Assembly (NCBI GenBank): GCA_963702025.1
Contig: OY969699.1
Coordinates: 1,472,001-1,536,000, forward strand
Direction of reading: 5' to 3'
Origin: an uncultured bacterium
GTDB taxonomy: Bacteria > Babelota > Babeliae > Babelales > Vermiphilaceae
Length of the DNA stretch: 64,000 bases
Shown: positions 9,338 through 19,564 of the stretch, piece by piece
Numbering within the stretch: the first letter of the stretch is position 1
Layout: each line of letters starts with the position of its first letter
Notes under the pieces: model-generated
The model's input: only the letters and a program-made list of their open reading frames with translations
Database searches by the model: none
What the model was told of the DNA's origin: nothing
Translations under genes and position numbers: made by a program

Positions 9338-10660
9338 ATGCTTACCCCCAAAGTAACAACAATAACTATTTGTGCGCTCTTATCAATTATGGCTTCATTT
9401 GCCATGGAAAATGAATCTGCGCACCTGAACAATCGTAAATTTATCTCATTAACCGATGCGCTGCTCAATGATCAATTTTTGGTAAAAGAAACAACCGTAC
9501 ACTTTCCCGATTATGAGGATCAGAGTCTGGTGTATCAAATAGCAACGGATAGTGCGACCAAAGAACTGTATAATAATGCCAATCATTTTGTAACAACGGT
9601 TGAACAAGACACTAAAAATGATACGGAAAAAGATCTGCAATTGAACCGCTTTATGGGCTTTCTTACCAATATAGATCTCAACGATCATAGAAAAAAACAA
9701 AAAAAAGATGAATTTAGCAATGAAAGAAAATCTAACTATAAAGCATTGATACAAGAAATCGAGGATATTTCATTAAATCGAGAACTCTTTAAATTAGCAT
9801 TGATGACCGGAAACCCGGAAATGATAAATGCCCAAAAACAAAAAAAATTGCACATTACTCCTTTTGAATCTTTTCCTGACTTAAAGAAAAAAATAGGGCA
9901 AGAATGCGCTTACAAATGTATATTGAATTCTTCCAACAAAGATTTGCCACCCGTAAACCTCGACTTCCTCGCTACGGGAGCAGAAATAAAAAAAGATGCT
10001 GCGCCCGAACAGATTGATAATCACTCATTTATTGCTCTTACCGATGCGCTTTTAAGCAATCAATTTATTGCAAGAGAAAACGCCATACATTATCCTGATC
10101 ATGAAAAAAAGAGCACGGTGCACAAAATTGAAACGAATGCTGCCGCACAAGAACTGTATAAAGAGTTCTATTGCTTTGTAGAAGATATTCAGCAAGCGAC
10201 TAAAAAAAATACTTGCTCCTCGGCTCAAAAAGTTAATAATAAATTAAGTGAGAATGCAGGCGCTCAATTAATTGATGAAGAAGAAAAGCAAATTCAATTA
10301 TCCCGCATACTGGGCTTTTTAATAAATCTCGATCTCCAAGATGAGAAGCGAAAGCAAAAAAGGGAAAAAAAAGAAAGTTACGGTTCAGTCAAACGCGAAA
10401 TTGAAACTGTTAAAGTAAATAGAGAGTTGTTTAAATTAGCGTTGATGACGGGGGACCCAATTATTATCAATAAGCAAAAAGAGAGAAAATTGCATGCCAC
10501 TCCCTTTGAATCTTTTCCCGAATTCATGGACAAATCAAGAAAAGGACTTACCATCGGGAGTCTACTCGGAACATTACCAAAGGAATCTTCTCCGCTCTTA
10601 ATGCTTGGCCTCCTGGCTGCTGCCGAGGATGACAAAAGCAAAGATTGCAGCATTCAATGA
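9338..10660 (+). CDS. Secreted hypothetical protein with tandem duplicated domain and C-terminal CaaX (CSIQ)
   Basis: Signal peptide; internal repeat FI.LTDALL..QF / NRELFKLALMTG.P / TPFESFP occurs twice; AAGGAG SD. Confidence 0.75.
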   Translation: MLTPKVTTITICALLSIMASFAMENESAHLNNRKFISLTDALLNDQFLVKETTVHFPDYEDQSLVYQIATDSATKELYNNANHFVTTVEQDTKNDTEKDLQLNRFMGFLTNIDLNDHRKKQKKDEFSNERKSNYKALIQEIEDISLNRELFKLALMTGNPEMINAQKQKKLHITPFESFPDLKKKIGQECAYKCILNSSNKDLPPVNLDFLATGAEIKKDAAPEQIDNHSFIALTDALLSNQFIARENAIHYPDHEKKSTVHKIETNAAAQELYKEFYCFVEDIQQATKKNTCSSAQKVNNKLSENAGAQLIDEEEKQIQLSRILGFLINLDLQDEKRKQKREKKESYGSVKREIETVKVNRELFKLALMTGDPIIINKQKERKLHATPFESFPEFMDKSRKGLTIGSLLGTLPKESSPLLMLGLLAAAEDDKSKDCSIQ

Positions 10661-10665
10661 ATTCC

Positions 10666-12009
10666 TTATTGCTTAGTAACATGCTCAACAGAACTAATTT
10701 CTGGCTTGCCAAATGCCACGCCACTTGTTTGTTCTTGATCGGTGTACATTTTGATAGAGCCGCCCAATAATGATAACTTGTTTTCCAAGCCATCATAGCC
10801 GCGGGTCCAGTGATGTATGCCAGTCATAATGGTGGATCCATGTGCGACTAATCCGGCTAGCACCAGAGCACATGAAGCGCGAATATCGCAAGCAATTACC
10901 GATGCGCCATATAAGCGATCAATACCGGTAATGATCGCTTTATTATGTTCCACTTTTATTTGCGCGCCCATTTTTTGTAATTCACGGACATGCACAAGTC
11001 TATTTTCAAATACTGTTTCTTCAACAACGCTCGTGCCTTGAGCTAACGTCAGCGCAGCCATCATTGGTGCCTGTAAATCGGTAGGAAAACTGGGATACGG
11101 CCCCGTTTTAAATGAAACTGCTTTTGGTTCTTTTGTTGCTTTGAGTGTGATGCCCAAACCGCCGGGGCCAACTATTATTTCATGCCCCATCTCTTCGAGC
11201 TTGAGTAAAAAGACATCCATTGTATAGGCAAGCGCCTGGGGAATGGCAATGGTACCGCCGGTTATGGCAGCAGCCAATAAAAGAGCTCCCGCTTCAAGAC
11301 GATCGGCAATAATGGCGTGTTCAATCGGCTGCAATGCCCCCACTCCTTCAATGTGCAGCGTTGCGGGTGCCTCTACAGAAATTTTCGCGCCCATTTTGGC
11401 GAGCACGGTAATAAGATCCATCACTTCCGGCTCTAATGCCGCATTAATAATGGTGGTGATGCCGGGAGTAAGTGTTGCAGCCATCACAATATTTTCCGTG
11501 GCTCCCACACTCGGGTATTCCAGCACGATACGATGCGCATGCAATAGATCTGCCCGTGCACTTATATAATCACTGGTTTCATCAATAGTGACGCCCATTT
11601 TTTTAAAATTTTTAAGATGATAATCGATCGGGCGCGACCCAATAACGCACCCACCCGGTGCGGCAATATCTGCCCGACCAAAGCGTGCCAATAACGGGCC
11701 CATCACCAAAATTGAGGCACGCATTTTTTTCATAATTTCAGGATTCACCTGCCATTTGGTCACCGTGCTGGTATCTACTTCTAACAAATGCTCATCGGGG
11801 TAAAAAAAGATCTGGGCACCTAAATTTTCCAGCAATTGTATCATATTCAATACGTCATCAGATGCGGGCACATTGGTTAGACGCGATTTGCCTTTGGTTA
11901 ATAAAAGTGATGCAATAATTACAAGCACCGCATTTTTTGCGCCATATAAATGAACGGTGCCATGTAATCCTGTTGACTGTTCAATTACAATATAATCGTT
12001 ATTACTCAT
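10666..12009 (-). CDS. murA: UDP-N-acetylglucosamine 1-carboxyvinyltransferase
   Basis: GAKNA, MRASI, PGGC.IG.RPID, SVGATEN, FPTDLQ, FENR. Confidence 0.97.
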   Translation of the reverse strand: MSNNDYIVIEQSTGLHGTVHLYGAKNAVLVIIASLLLTKGKSRLTNVPASDDVLNMIQLLENLGAQIFFYPDEHLLEVDTSTVTKWQVNPEIMKKMRASILVMGPLLARFGRADIAAPGGCVIGSRPIDYHLKNFKKMGVTIDETSDYISARADLLHAHRIVLEYPSVGATENIVMAATLTPGITTIINAALEPEVMDLITVLAKMGAKISVEAPATLHIEGVGALQPIEHAIIADRLEAGALLLAAAITGGTIAIPQALAYTMDVFLLKLEEMGHEIIVGPGGLGITLKATKEPKAVSFKTGPYPSFPTDLQAPMMAALTLAQGTSVVEETVFENRLVHVRELQKMGAQIKVEHNKAIITGIDRLYGASVIACDIRASCALVLAGLVAHGSTIMTGIHHWTRGYDGLENKLSLLGGSIKMYTDQEQTSGVAFGKPEISSVEHVTKQ

Positions 12010-12025
12010 ACTAATCTTTCGTAAT

Positions 12026-12754
12026 TTATTTTTTGTTTGATTTCAAATGATATAAGGCAGTAATTTCTTCATCATCCAAATAGCGCCATTTTCCTACCGG
12101 CAATCCTTTTTTGGTAAGTCCGGCATAACCGGTGCGATCAAGTTTGATCACGGTATAACCCAAATGATCAAAAATGCGCCGCACTATACGATTTTTACCG
12201 CTATGAAGCATAACCTTTACATGAATTTTGGTCTGCCCGGCAATGTAACCGGCAGCATCAATCTGTATAAAACCATCACTCAGTTGCAAACCTTTTTTAA
12301 GCTGGTCCATATCATCTTTTGCAAACGGACGGTTAAGCATAACCGTATAGATTTTTTGTACGCCAAAACGGGGATGCGCCAGCGATTGCGCCAACTGCCC
12401 ATCGTTGGTTATGATCAGCAAGCCAGTGGTGTCACGATCAAGGCGACCAATCGGATAAAGCCGAGATCCAAGATCACCAATAAGATCCATCACCGTTTTT
12501 CTGCCTTTTTCATCCGACACGGTAGTAATATAATTTTTTGGTTTATTGAGCATAATATATATTTTTTTTTGCGCGCGGATTTGCTGTCCTTGATACATCA
12601 CCGTATCTGAAGGCGTAATTTTATACCCCGGTTCTTTTATTACTTTGCCGTTAACTTTAATCAAACCATGTTCAATGAGATCGACTACCTTACGGCGTGA
12701 TGCGACACCGGCTTGCGCTAAAAATTTACTCAGTGAATTCGAGTTTGTTATCAT
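12026..12754 (-). CDS. rRNA pseudouridine synthase (RsuA/RluB family)
   Basis: N-terminal S4 domain, catalytic GRLD motif, GKNRIVRR. Confidence 0.92.
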   Translation of the reverse strand: MITNSNSLSKFLAQAGVASRRKVVDLIEHGLIKVNGKVIKEPGYKITPSDTVMYQGQQIRAQKKIYIMLNKPKNYITTVSDEKGRKTVMDLIGDLGSRLYPIGRLDRDTTGLLIITNDGQLAQSLAHPRFGVQKIYTVMLNRPFAKDDMDQLKKGLQLSDGFIQIDAAGYIAGQTKIHVKVMLHSGKNRIVRRIFDHLGYTVIKLDRTGYAGLTKKGLPVGKWRYLDDEEITALYHLKSNKK

Positions 12755-13181
12755 AATGGTATTTATCTCTATAAATCTGGCCCTCTAATGTTCTTAAGCG
12801 TTTCCTTTTAGATGGTAGCTGTCTGAATACTTCAGTTAAATATTTTTTTTCATTCTTAAATTTGCCAAGCAACGTATCAAATCTTTGACGAAGTTCTAAA
12901 AATTTTTGTTTTGTTATTTTCTCGTAGTCTTCTTCCGGAGTTTCACAGATAAGTCCATTGCTGAACTCGTACCCAAAATGTGTTCTAATTTGCAAGATTG
13001 CTATCTCAAAATAAATTAGTTTTTGCTCAGCAATTTTTTCTATTTCTTTTTGCTCTTGCCAACTATGATTCTCTTTTTTTGGTTCCGGCTGCTTAAAATA
13101 ATCGTAATCCAGCGCCTCTCGCCCGGCCCATAGATACGTCGAAATCAAAAGGAAAATATATAATTTTTTCATGGTCATCAT
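12726..13181 (-). CDS. Hypothetical secreted protein
   Basis: 151-aa ORF, MKK plus hydrophobic signal-like start. Confidence 0.55.
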   Translation of the reverse strand: MMTMKKLYIFLLISTYLWAGREALDYDYFKQPEPKKENHSWQEQKEIEKIAEQKLIYFEIAILQIRTHFGYEFSNGLICETPEEDYEKITKQKFLELRQRFDTLLGKFKNEKKYLTEVFRQLPSKRKRLRTLEGQIYRDKYHYDNKLEFTE

Positions 13182-13289
13182 TTTTTTTTATACATTTTAA
13201 TGTATGGTTAATATGACGATTTTTTTATGCAATGATATACTTTCTCATATTGAAAAAAAAAGATAAACAAAATTGTGAAAGAACTTTTT

Positions 13290-13865
13290 ATGCACGGAAT
13301 ATTAGAAGTAATTTGCGGGCCAATGTTTTCAGGAAAATCTGAGGAATTGATTCGCCGTTTGCGTCGCGCAAAAATTGCGCAACAAAAAGTGGTAACATTC
13401 AAACCGCATATTGATAACCGTTACGGCCTTGAATATATTGTTTCGCATGACGGCAACAAAGTTGAGGCAAAGCCGCTGGAAATGGTTAATCAAATAATTG
13501 ATATTGTTGCGCAAACGGATGCAACGGTAATCGGGATTGATGAAGCACAATTTTTTCCGCATGAACTGGTGAGCATTGTCTGCCAATTGGTTAATAGTGG
13601 CAAGCGTGTTATTGTTGCGGGTTTGGATCTTGATTTTCGCGGCGCACCATTTGGCTGCATGCCACTTTTGTTAGCCGTCGCCGATAAAATCTCTAAATTA
13701 CATGCAATCTGCACCGAATGTGGCAGCGATGCGCATTTTACACAACGGTTGGTTAACGGGCAACCGGCAAAGCATGATGATCCTATTATTATGGTCGGCG
13801 CGCAAGAAGCATATCAAGCACGATGCCGCGGTTGTTACAGCATAGATAAACAAATTTATTTTTAA
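13290..13865 (+). CDS. tdk: Thymidine kinase
   Basis: GPMFSGKSEEL, IDEAQF, AGLD.DFRG.PF, C..C zinc sites. Confidence 0.96.
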   Translation: MHGILEVICGPMFSGKSEELIRRLRRAKIAQQKVVTFKPHIDNRYGLEYIVSHDGNKVEAKPLEMVNQIIDIVAQTDATVIGIDEAQFFPHELVSIVCQLVNSGKRVIVAGLDLDFRGAPFGCMPLLLAVADKISKLHAICTECGSDAHFTQRLVNGQPAKHDDPIIMVGAQEAYQARCRGCYSIDKQIYF

Positions 13866-13876
13866 ATAAGAATCCG

Positions 13877-15226
13877 ATGAAACAAAAAACATCATTTAAT
13901 TGCACATCCTGCACCTACCAAACGGTTAAATGGATGGGATGTTGCCCGGAATGTAATGAATGGAACACATTCCAAGAACAAAAAATAACACCGGCCATTC
14001 CCGGTGCTAAAGTAGGAAAAACCGGCGGCGCCACCGCAACTATGATGCAATTGAACACGGTGGATACGGCACCTCAAAAGCGCATGTTTTCCGGCGTTGA
14101 TGAATGGGACCGTGTGGTTGGCGGCGGCATTATGCCCAGCTCATTACTCATTCTCACCGGTGATCCAGGTATTGGCAAATCAACGTTACTGCTGCAAATT
14201 TGCAATGGATTAGCGCAACATCATGTGGTCTATTATTTTTCAACTGAAGAATCATTGCAACAAGTCAAGCAACGGGCTCAGCGTCTTGAATGTATTAATG
14301 ATAATTTACTATTTTCCGATCAAGCAGACCTTGAAACAATTATTGCTACATCACAAGCGCATAAACCGGATATGGTAATTATTGATTCGATTCAAAATTG
14401 TTACACGGCCGCGGCAACCACATTTCCCGGAAGCGTTGGCCAACTGCGTGAATCTGCGTTCCATTTAATGCGCTTGGCAAAAGAAAACAATATTACGGTG
14501 ATTATGAGTGGCCACATCACCAAAGAGGGCACAATAGCAGGCCCCAAAACATTGGAGCATATGGTGGATGCCGTCTTTTATTTGCAAGGAGAGGACCGCT
14601 GGCAAACGCGGGTTTTGAGATCGGTTAAAAACCGCTTTGGTACCATTAATGAATTGGGTTTTTTTGAAATGCGAGAAAATGGCTTACAAGAAGTGCCAAA
14701 TATTAACGAACATCTCATTGCAGAACTTTCCCACGCACCCGGCTCGGTGCTCGTGAGCGTGATTGAAGGATCACGCCCTCTTTTAATTGAATTACAAGCA
14801 TTAACTATCGAATCAAAATTAGGAATACCACAACGGGTTGTTTCCGGCCTCGATCAAAAACAGGTGGTCTTGATTGCTGCTATTTTGGAAAAATATTTGC
14901 ACGTAAAATTTAGTACGCAGGATATTTTCTTTAAAGTTTCTGGGGGCTTTAAGATCAAAGGAAGCTCAACCGATCTTGGCATCGCACTAGCACTGTTATC
15001 GAGCTATTTTCAACAACCGTTACCTGATAAATCAATTGCACTGGGCGAAATAAGTTTAACCGGTGAAATTAAACCGATTAACCAAATTAATCTTTTTGTA
15101 AAAGAAGCAGAAAAATTTGGCATTAAGCAACTTCTGGTTGCCAAAAATCAAAAAATTGAGAATTCATCCTGTGTGCCCAAACGATTTACCAATGTATATG
15201 AATTGCTCGGCTTATTTAATGGATAG
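13877..15226 (+). CDS. radA: DNA repair protein RadA/Sms
   Basis: N-terminal C4 zinc finger, GDPGIGKST, KNRFG motif, Lon-like C-terminus. Confidence 0.97.
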   Translation: MKQKTSFNCTSCTYQTVKWMGCCPECNEWNTFQEQKITPAIPGAKVGKTGGATATMMQLNTVDTAPQKRMFSGVDEWDRVVGGGIMPSSLLILTGDPGIGKSTLLLQICNGLAQHHVVYYFSTEESLQQVKQRAQRLECINDNLLFSDQADLETIIATSQAHKPDMVIIDSIQNCYTAAATTFPGSVGQLRESAFHLMRLAKENNITVIMSGHITKEGTIAGPKTLEHMVDAVFYLQGEDRWQTRVLRSVKNRFGTINELGFFEMRENGLQEVPNINEHLIAELSHAPGSVLVSVIEGSRPLLIELQALTIESKLGIPQRVVSGLDQKQVVLIAAILEKYLHVKFSTQDIFFKVSGGFKIKGSSTDLGIALALLSSYFQQPLPDKSIALGEISLTGEIKPINQINLFVKEAEKFGIKQLLVAKNQKIENSSCVPKRFTNVYELLGLFNG

Positions 15227-15270
15227 CAATTTGCAATCATAAAATTAATGAATAAAAAACAAAATTATCA

Positions 15271-15299
15271 TTGACAAAAAAGCGAACCGCATCCATAAT
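15271..15299 (+). promoter_or_regulatory. Sigma70-type promoter for the 15348 gene
   Basis: TTGACA-17 nt-CATAAT. Confidence 0.6.
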
Positions 15300-15347
15300 T
15301 AATCACATTAACTTTATTAATACCTTCATAATATTGATTGGTTTTTT

Positions 15348-15863
15348 ATGAATAAACGTAATTCATTTTTTCTTTCGGCACTTTTTTGCACTGTTCTTTT
15401 CCATTCACTGAATGCTCATGAAGATTCAGCAACAATTGCTGATCGAGTTACTAAACTCGGTATTGGAACAACCATGATTTCATTTGGAGGATTAGCGGGT
15501 TGGCTTACTCACTTTCTGCTTAACGAGAATGATGCTAATCTCGGAGCATTTTGCGTAACTACCGTTTCTGCCGGGCTTTCAGCCAAATTAGTTTCTTTTG
15601 GTGTTAGTTCTATAGCCCATGGCATTAAAGGGAGTTCTATGAATCTTAAAAATCACGTTGCACCGGCAACAAGAATCTTCGGTGGCAGCAGCTTAATGGG
15701 TGCATCTGCATTTGGAATAAAGGCAATAAATGGAGACAAATCTATTCCTTTGCCCGCTTATTTTGCAACTCAGGCGATTAATGCTGGTATTTTTGCACTG
15801 GGAGCGGCACAAACGCTGAAGGGTGTCCTGCAAATAAAAAAAGAAATAGAAGAATCAAATTAA
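15348..15863 (+). CDS. Hypothetical secreted/membrane protein, Gly/Ala-rich helices
   Basis: Signal peptide followed by several weakly hydrophobic Gly-rich segments. Confidence 0.6.
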   Translation: MNKRNSFFLSALFCTVLFHSLNAHEDSATIADRVTKLGIGTTMISFGGLAGWLTHFLLNENDANLGAFCVTTVSAGLSAKLVSFGVSSIAHGIKGSSMNLKNHVAPATRIFGGSSLMGASAFGIKAINGDKSIPLPAYFATQAINAGIFALGAAQTLKGVLQIKKEIEESN

Positions 15864-15968
15864 ATTAAAAATTCCCTTAATTTTGCATACCCTTTCTTGG
15901 TAAAAACTCTAGTTCTTGTGCGGCCTCGCTCACCTGCGCTAAAGTAGATATCAAAGAAAGGGTGCTTT

Positions 15969-17126
15969 ATGGATTATGTCAAAAAAATAGTATTTTTGTT
16001 CCTACTGATCATTGCGGCAAATATCTACACTGATTCACTCTTCCCGAGACGCTCATCACATGCTCAATATGACGCCGAATGGGTGGTGGTTGGTGCCGGC
16101 CCGGCCGGTATTATTGTTATTGGCATATTACTTGACCTTGGCACCGACCCAAAAAGCATCATTTGGCTTGATCCTGAGTTTGGTTGCGGCCGACTCTGTA
16201 AATATGGTACCGTTCCGGGCAATGCAAAAACTTGGCAATTTATCGAATTTCTCAATTCATGCAAAACATTCCAAGAATGTAATTCACCTGCTGCGGCAAA
16301 ACTATTTGATCTCGATCAAGAATTTGAATATCCATTACAGGTCATCGTTGATCCGCTTATCGATATCTCCCACTATCTGTGCGGTCTGGTCAATTGTAAA
16401 AAAGAAAAACTGTGCGCACTGAATTATGTTAATGATGTGTGGAGCATTGGCACCGGTAAGGAATGTTTTACGGCAAACCATGTTATTTTGGCGACCGGCT
16501 CCCACCCAAAACGGCTTGATTACGACTGCAAAAATGAAATTCCTCTTGATGTGGCTCTTGATAAACCGGCATTGGCATCACAAATTTCTTTGAATGACAC
16601 TATTGCGGTTGTTGGCAGTGGCCAATCGGCAATCTTATTACTCAAATATCTTTCTGAACTTGCGTGCGGCAGAATTATTAATTTTTTCCGCAACCCGATT
16701 GAATTTGATGGCGAATCGGGATTAAAAGGCCAAACCGCACGCTGGGCACGTGATGTTTTATTAAAAACACCCCCGGCGAACTTATTGCGCATTTTTAATT
16801 CTTGTGATGCCTTAAAAGCATGGGTGCCAATTTGCACCAAAATTATTTATGCAGTTGGGTTTGAACGCAATGAAATACCAACGATCACCAATGCGCCATA
16901 TGTCAACTTTGAAGATCGGAATGGTGTTTTAGGGCCACGATTATTTGGTATTGGTATAGCGTTCCCAGAAAAATATGAAGATGAATCCGGCAAAATTGTG
17001 GGCCGCATCGGTTTAATGAGTTTTATGGAATATGCCCAAGAGATATTGCCCTATTGGATGGTTCAAAAATCGCCATTGGCCCGCTATAAGCAATTTGAGG
17101 ATCTATTTACTATTGATATCTTGTAA
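15969..17126 (+). CDS. FAD/NAD(P)-dependent oxidoreductase with signal-peptide-like N-terminus
   Basis: VVGAGPAG, ILATGS and VVGSGQSA Rossmann motifs. Confidence 0.8.
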   Translation: MDYVKKIVFLFLLIIAANIYTDSLFPRRSSHAQYDAEWVVVGAGPAGIIVIGILLDLGTDPKSIIWLDPEFGCGRLCKYGTVPGNAKTWQFIEFLNSCKTFQECNSPAAAKLFDLDQEFEYPLQVIVDPLIDISHYLCGLVNCKKEKLCALNYVNDVWSIGTGKECFTANHVILATGSHPKRLDYDCKNEIPLDVALDKPALASQISLNDTIAVVGSGQSAILLLKYLSELACGRIINFFRNPIEFDGESGLKGQTARWARDVLLKTPPANLLRIFNSCDALKAWVPICTKIIYAVGFERNEIPTITNAPYVNFEDRNGVLGPRLFGIGIAFPEKYEDESGKIVGRIGLMSFMEYAQEILPYWMVQKSPLARYKQFEDLFTIDIL

Positions 17127-17132
17127 TGATAG

Positions 17133-18572
17133 TTAATCGATAATCTCTTTGCCGGTCTCTGGATTTTTAAGGTGATAGTTTTTTACGATTCCGGTTAAAT
17201 CGGATTTATAATAAATCTTTAGCGGTAATTCAAAAAACTGATCATTCCAACTGATTCTTTTGCTATCGCCATCTCCCTGAGCAATCCAGATAAGGTCATT
17301 CACCTTACCATTGTATCGCGGACGATCCCCTGATCCTTTAATTTCCGGATGTTTTTTAAGGAAATTAAATATTTTATTCAATGCTTTTTGCGCGGCTTCT
17401 GTGCCATCATTACTATAGAATACAACAACCGGAAATTGATTTTTGCGAGATTCTTCATCATTAGATATTGCAACTTTAAATTCCTCAACGTAATTTTTAA
17501 GTTCCGGATCAGTGCTAAATTCATCAAAAATAAGAATAATTAATTTGGCCAAATTAGTTCCCGGTGCCGGCATAAGGTGAATTTTATAGCCATTGGCAAA
17601 CTCTTCTATCAACTTTTTCTTAAGCTCCTTATCGGCAGCATTCACCGCCTCCATTGCCATAACCTTGTTAATAACAACGGGAGACAATTTCCGTTGAACC
17701 TCTATGCTATTCTTCAACCGAGCCTTCTTATTTATCGGAAAAAAAACATAGCCGCTCGCAAAATATGATAAAGGTCTGCCCTGTTTATAAGTATCCCCGA
17801 TAAGCATAAACAGCTCCTTATTACGTTGAGCGTCATCTTTCTGATCCGCATCCAACTTTTTAAGCCATAAATCAGATTTTGATTTCAAGTATTCCAGAGC
17901 TCTTGCATAATATTCTTTTGGAAGTTCATTAAATAATAATGAAAAACGTTTTATTGTTGCCTCATCCTGAGGAGAAAATAAAGACTTTCTAGGTTGTAAT
18001 TCCGCAAGCGTCTTCGATTTTGCCGGCGCTACTTTTTGCATAGATGGTGCTACAAGCTCTTGGGTCAGTAACCGCAACTGTTGCTTTATTTCTCGTGGGC
18101 TCAATGTTAATTGTTGCGATTCTATGCGAGATAATGTTTTATCATCCATTTTATTTAATATTTGGTTGATTGAGTTGCTCAATAACATAGCATCAGCGGC
18201 AGAAAGTAGCTCTCCAATGGGTTGATTTTGTATCTTTCTTGTCAGCAATAAGGATATCCATGCAGCTTTTATTGACTTAATACTATTTTGAATCTCTCCC
18301 AGATATCCTTTTAGACTAGAAGGCGATAGAGCAAGATGCTGAGCAAATTGTACATTTTCTTGTTGATTCTTCTCATCCATAAGATGAATAATTTTGTCCT
18401 GCAGCTTTTGCAAATCAGCAAGATCATATGCCGCGAGTCCCATATCTTCATTATTTTTTTTAGCTGTCAACGCAGTCATTAATGTACCGCGCGGATGATC
18501 AACTTCCATTGCATTAACTAATAAGTGAGTGAAAAACATGACACTTATAAGAACTAGCTTAATAAAATTCAT
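17133..18572 (-). CDS. Secreted hypothetical protein; C-terminal domain resembles phosphothreonine lyase/LanL-lyase fold
   Basis: Signal peptide (..VNA-ME); GYKIHL, FKV and VVFY motifs in the C-terminal third. Confidence 0.55.
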   Translation of the reverse strand: MNFIKLVLISVMFFTHLLVNAMEVDHPRGTLMTALTAKKNNEDMGLAAYDLADLQKLQDKIIHLMDEKNQQENVQFAQHLALSPSSLKGYLGEIQNSIKSIKAAWISLLLTRKIQNQPIGELLSAADAMLLSNSINQILNKMDDKTLSRIESQQLTLSPREIKQQLRLLTQELVAPSMQKVAPAKSKTLAELQPRKSLFSPQDEATIKRFSLLFNELPKEYYARALEYLKSKSDLWLKKLDADQKDDAQRNKELFMLIGDTYKQGRPLSYFASGYVFFPINKKARLKNSIEVQRKLSPVVINKVMAMEAVNAADKELKKKLIEEFANGYKIHLMPAPGTNLAKLIILIFDEFSTDPELKNYVEEFKVAISNDEESRKNQFPVVVFYSNDGTEAAQKALNKIFNFLKKHPEIKGSGDRPRYNGKVNDLIWIAQGDGDSKRISWNDQFFELPLKIYYKSDLTGIVKNYHLKNPETGKEIID

Positions 18573-18687
18573 AAAATACTCTCCCAATTCTAATTGCTAC
18601 TTGTATTTTATCATTAAGAATACGACATAAGCAATAAGTTAAGGGAAAGTATTAAAAAAGATGAATTTAACAGTAGATTTTTATGTT

Positions 18688-18730
18688 AAAAGAAGAGCCT
18701 TGGGGAATTGATCCCCGAGGTTCTTCTTTT
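18688..18730. terminator. Intrinsic terminator hairpin with A/T tails on both sides
   Basis: AAAAGAAGAGCCTTGGGGA-ATTGA-TCCCCGAGGTTCTTCTTTT, just downstream of the minus-strand 18754 gene. Confidence 0.8.
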
Positions 18731-18753
18731 ACTTAGTAAGACAATTAGTCTAA

Positions 18754-19341
18754 TTAATTTAATGCGGAAGCAACGTAATCATACGCTTCAGTTGATTTTT
18801 TATGCACAAAAGTAGAGAATCGATCAAGATATGGTTTTGCCACTATATAACAGCCAACCCCTGATAATAAAAGAAACGCGGCTTTCTTTTCAGCGCTTCC
18901 CGCAGCTGCTTTTTTAACAATTTCTCCCATTCCAAAAGGAAGATGGTTGGCAAAAAATCCATTATTGCCAGAAATAGAATCTTTTGAAAGTACAGCTCCC
19001 ATAAACGTAATAAGCGGAGCGGTAATCGCCATACTTTGTAATGCTTTTGCACGCTTAGGATCGACAAAAAGCGATAAACCGATCAGAACGCTGCTTGCTC
19101 CTGCCCCAATCTCAAATCCTGTATCTTGAATTAAAGCTATCTGCGACACTTTGCTACCAAGAACACCAACAACCGCAGCGCCAAGTATTGAACCGGCAAC
19201 ATTTGCTTTCGCCGCGTCCATTTCCTGTTGCTCATCCTCTTTTGATATCTTTATTTTTTCATCATGGGGAGTATGAGCAAATGCTGGCACAGCGCATACA
19301 AGAAGCAAGCCATACGAAAATATATTATTTCTCAATTTCAT
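18754..19341 (-). CDS. Hypothetical secreted/membrane protein
   Basis: Signal peptide (..PAFA-H) followed by about four Gly/Ala-rich hydrophobic segments. Confidence 0.65.
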   Translation of the reverse strand: MKLRNNIFSYGLLLVCAVPAFAHTPHDEKIKISKEDEQQEMDAAKANVAGSILGAAVVGVLGSKVSQIALIQDTGFEIGAGASSVLIGLSLFVDPKRAKALQSMAITAPLITFMGAVLSKDSISGNNGFFANHLPFGMGEIVKKAAAGSAEKKAAFLLLSGVGCYIVAKPYLDRFSTFVHKKSTEAYDYVASALN

Positions 19342-19564
19342 TTGTATTCCTTAAACAATAAAAATTATATAACAACTACTAACTCATAATTTAAAATGCG
19401 CATTTTTATCATGTGAGTGTGATTAATTCTAAATTTTTACTTTTTTTTGTAAAGGATTAATTATACGAATTATTGTGCTATGCACAAGGCATGCATTATA
19501 ATTTTTAGAAAATGAAGCGGACGACGGCGGTTTTTCGTGCAAAGTAAAATAAGGAGTTCACCGT

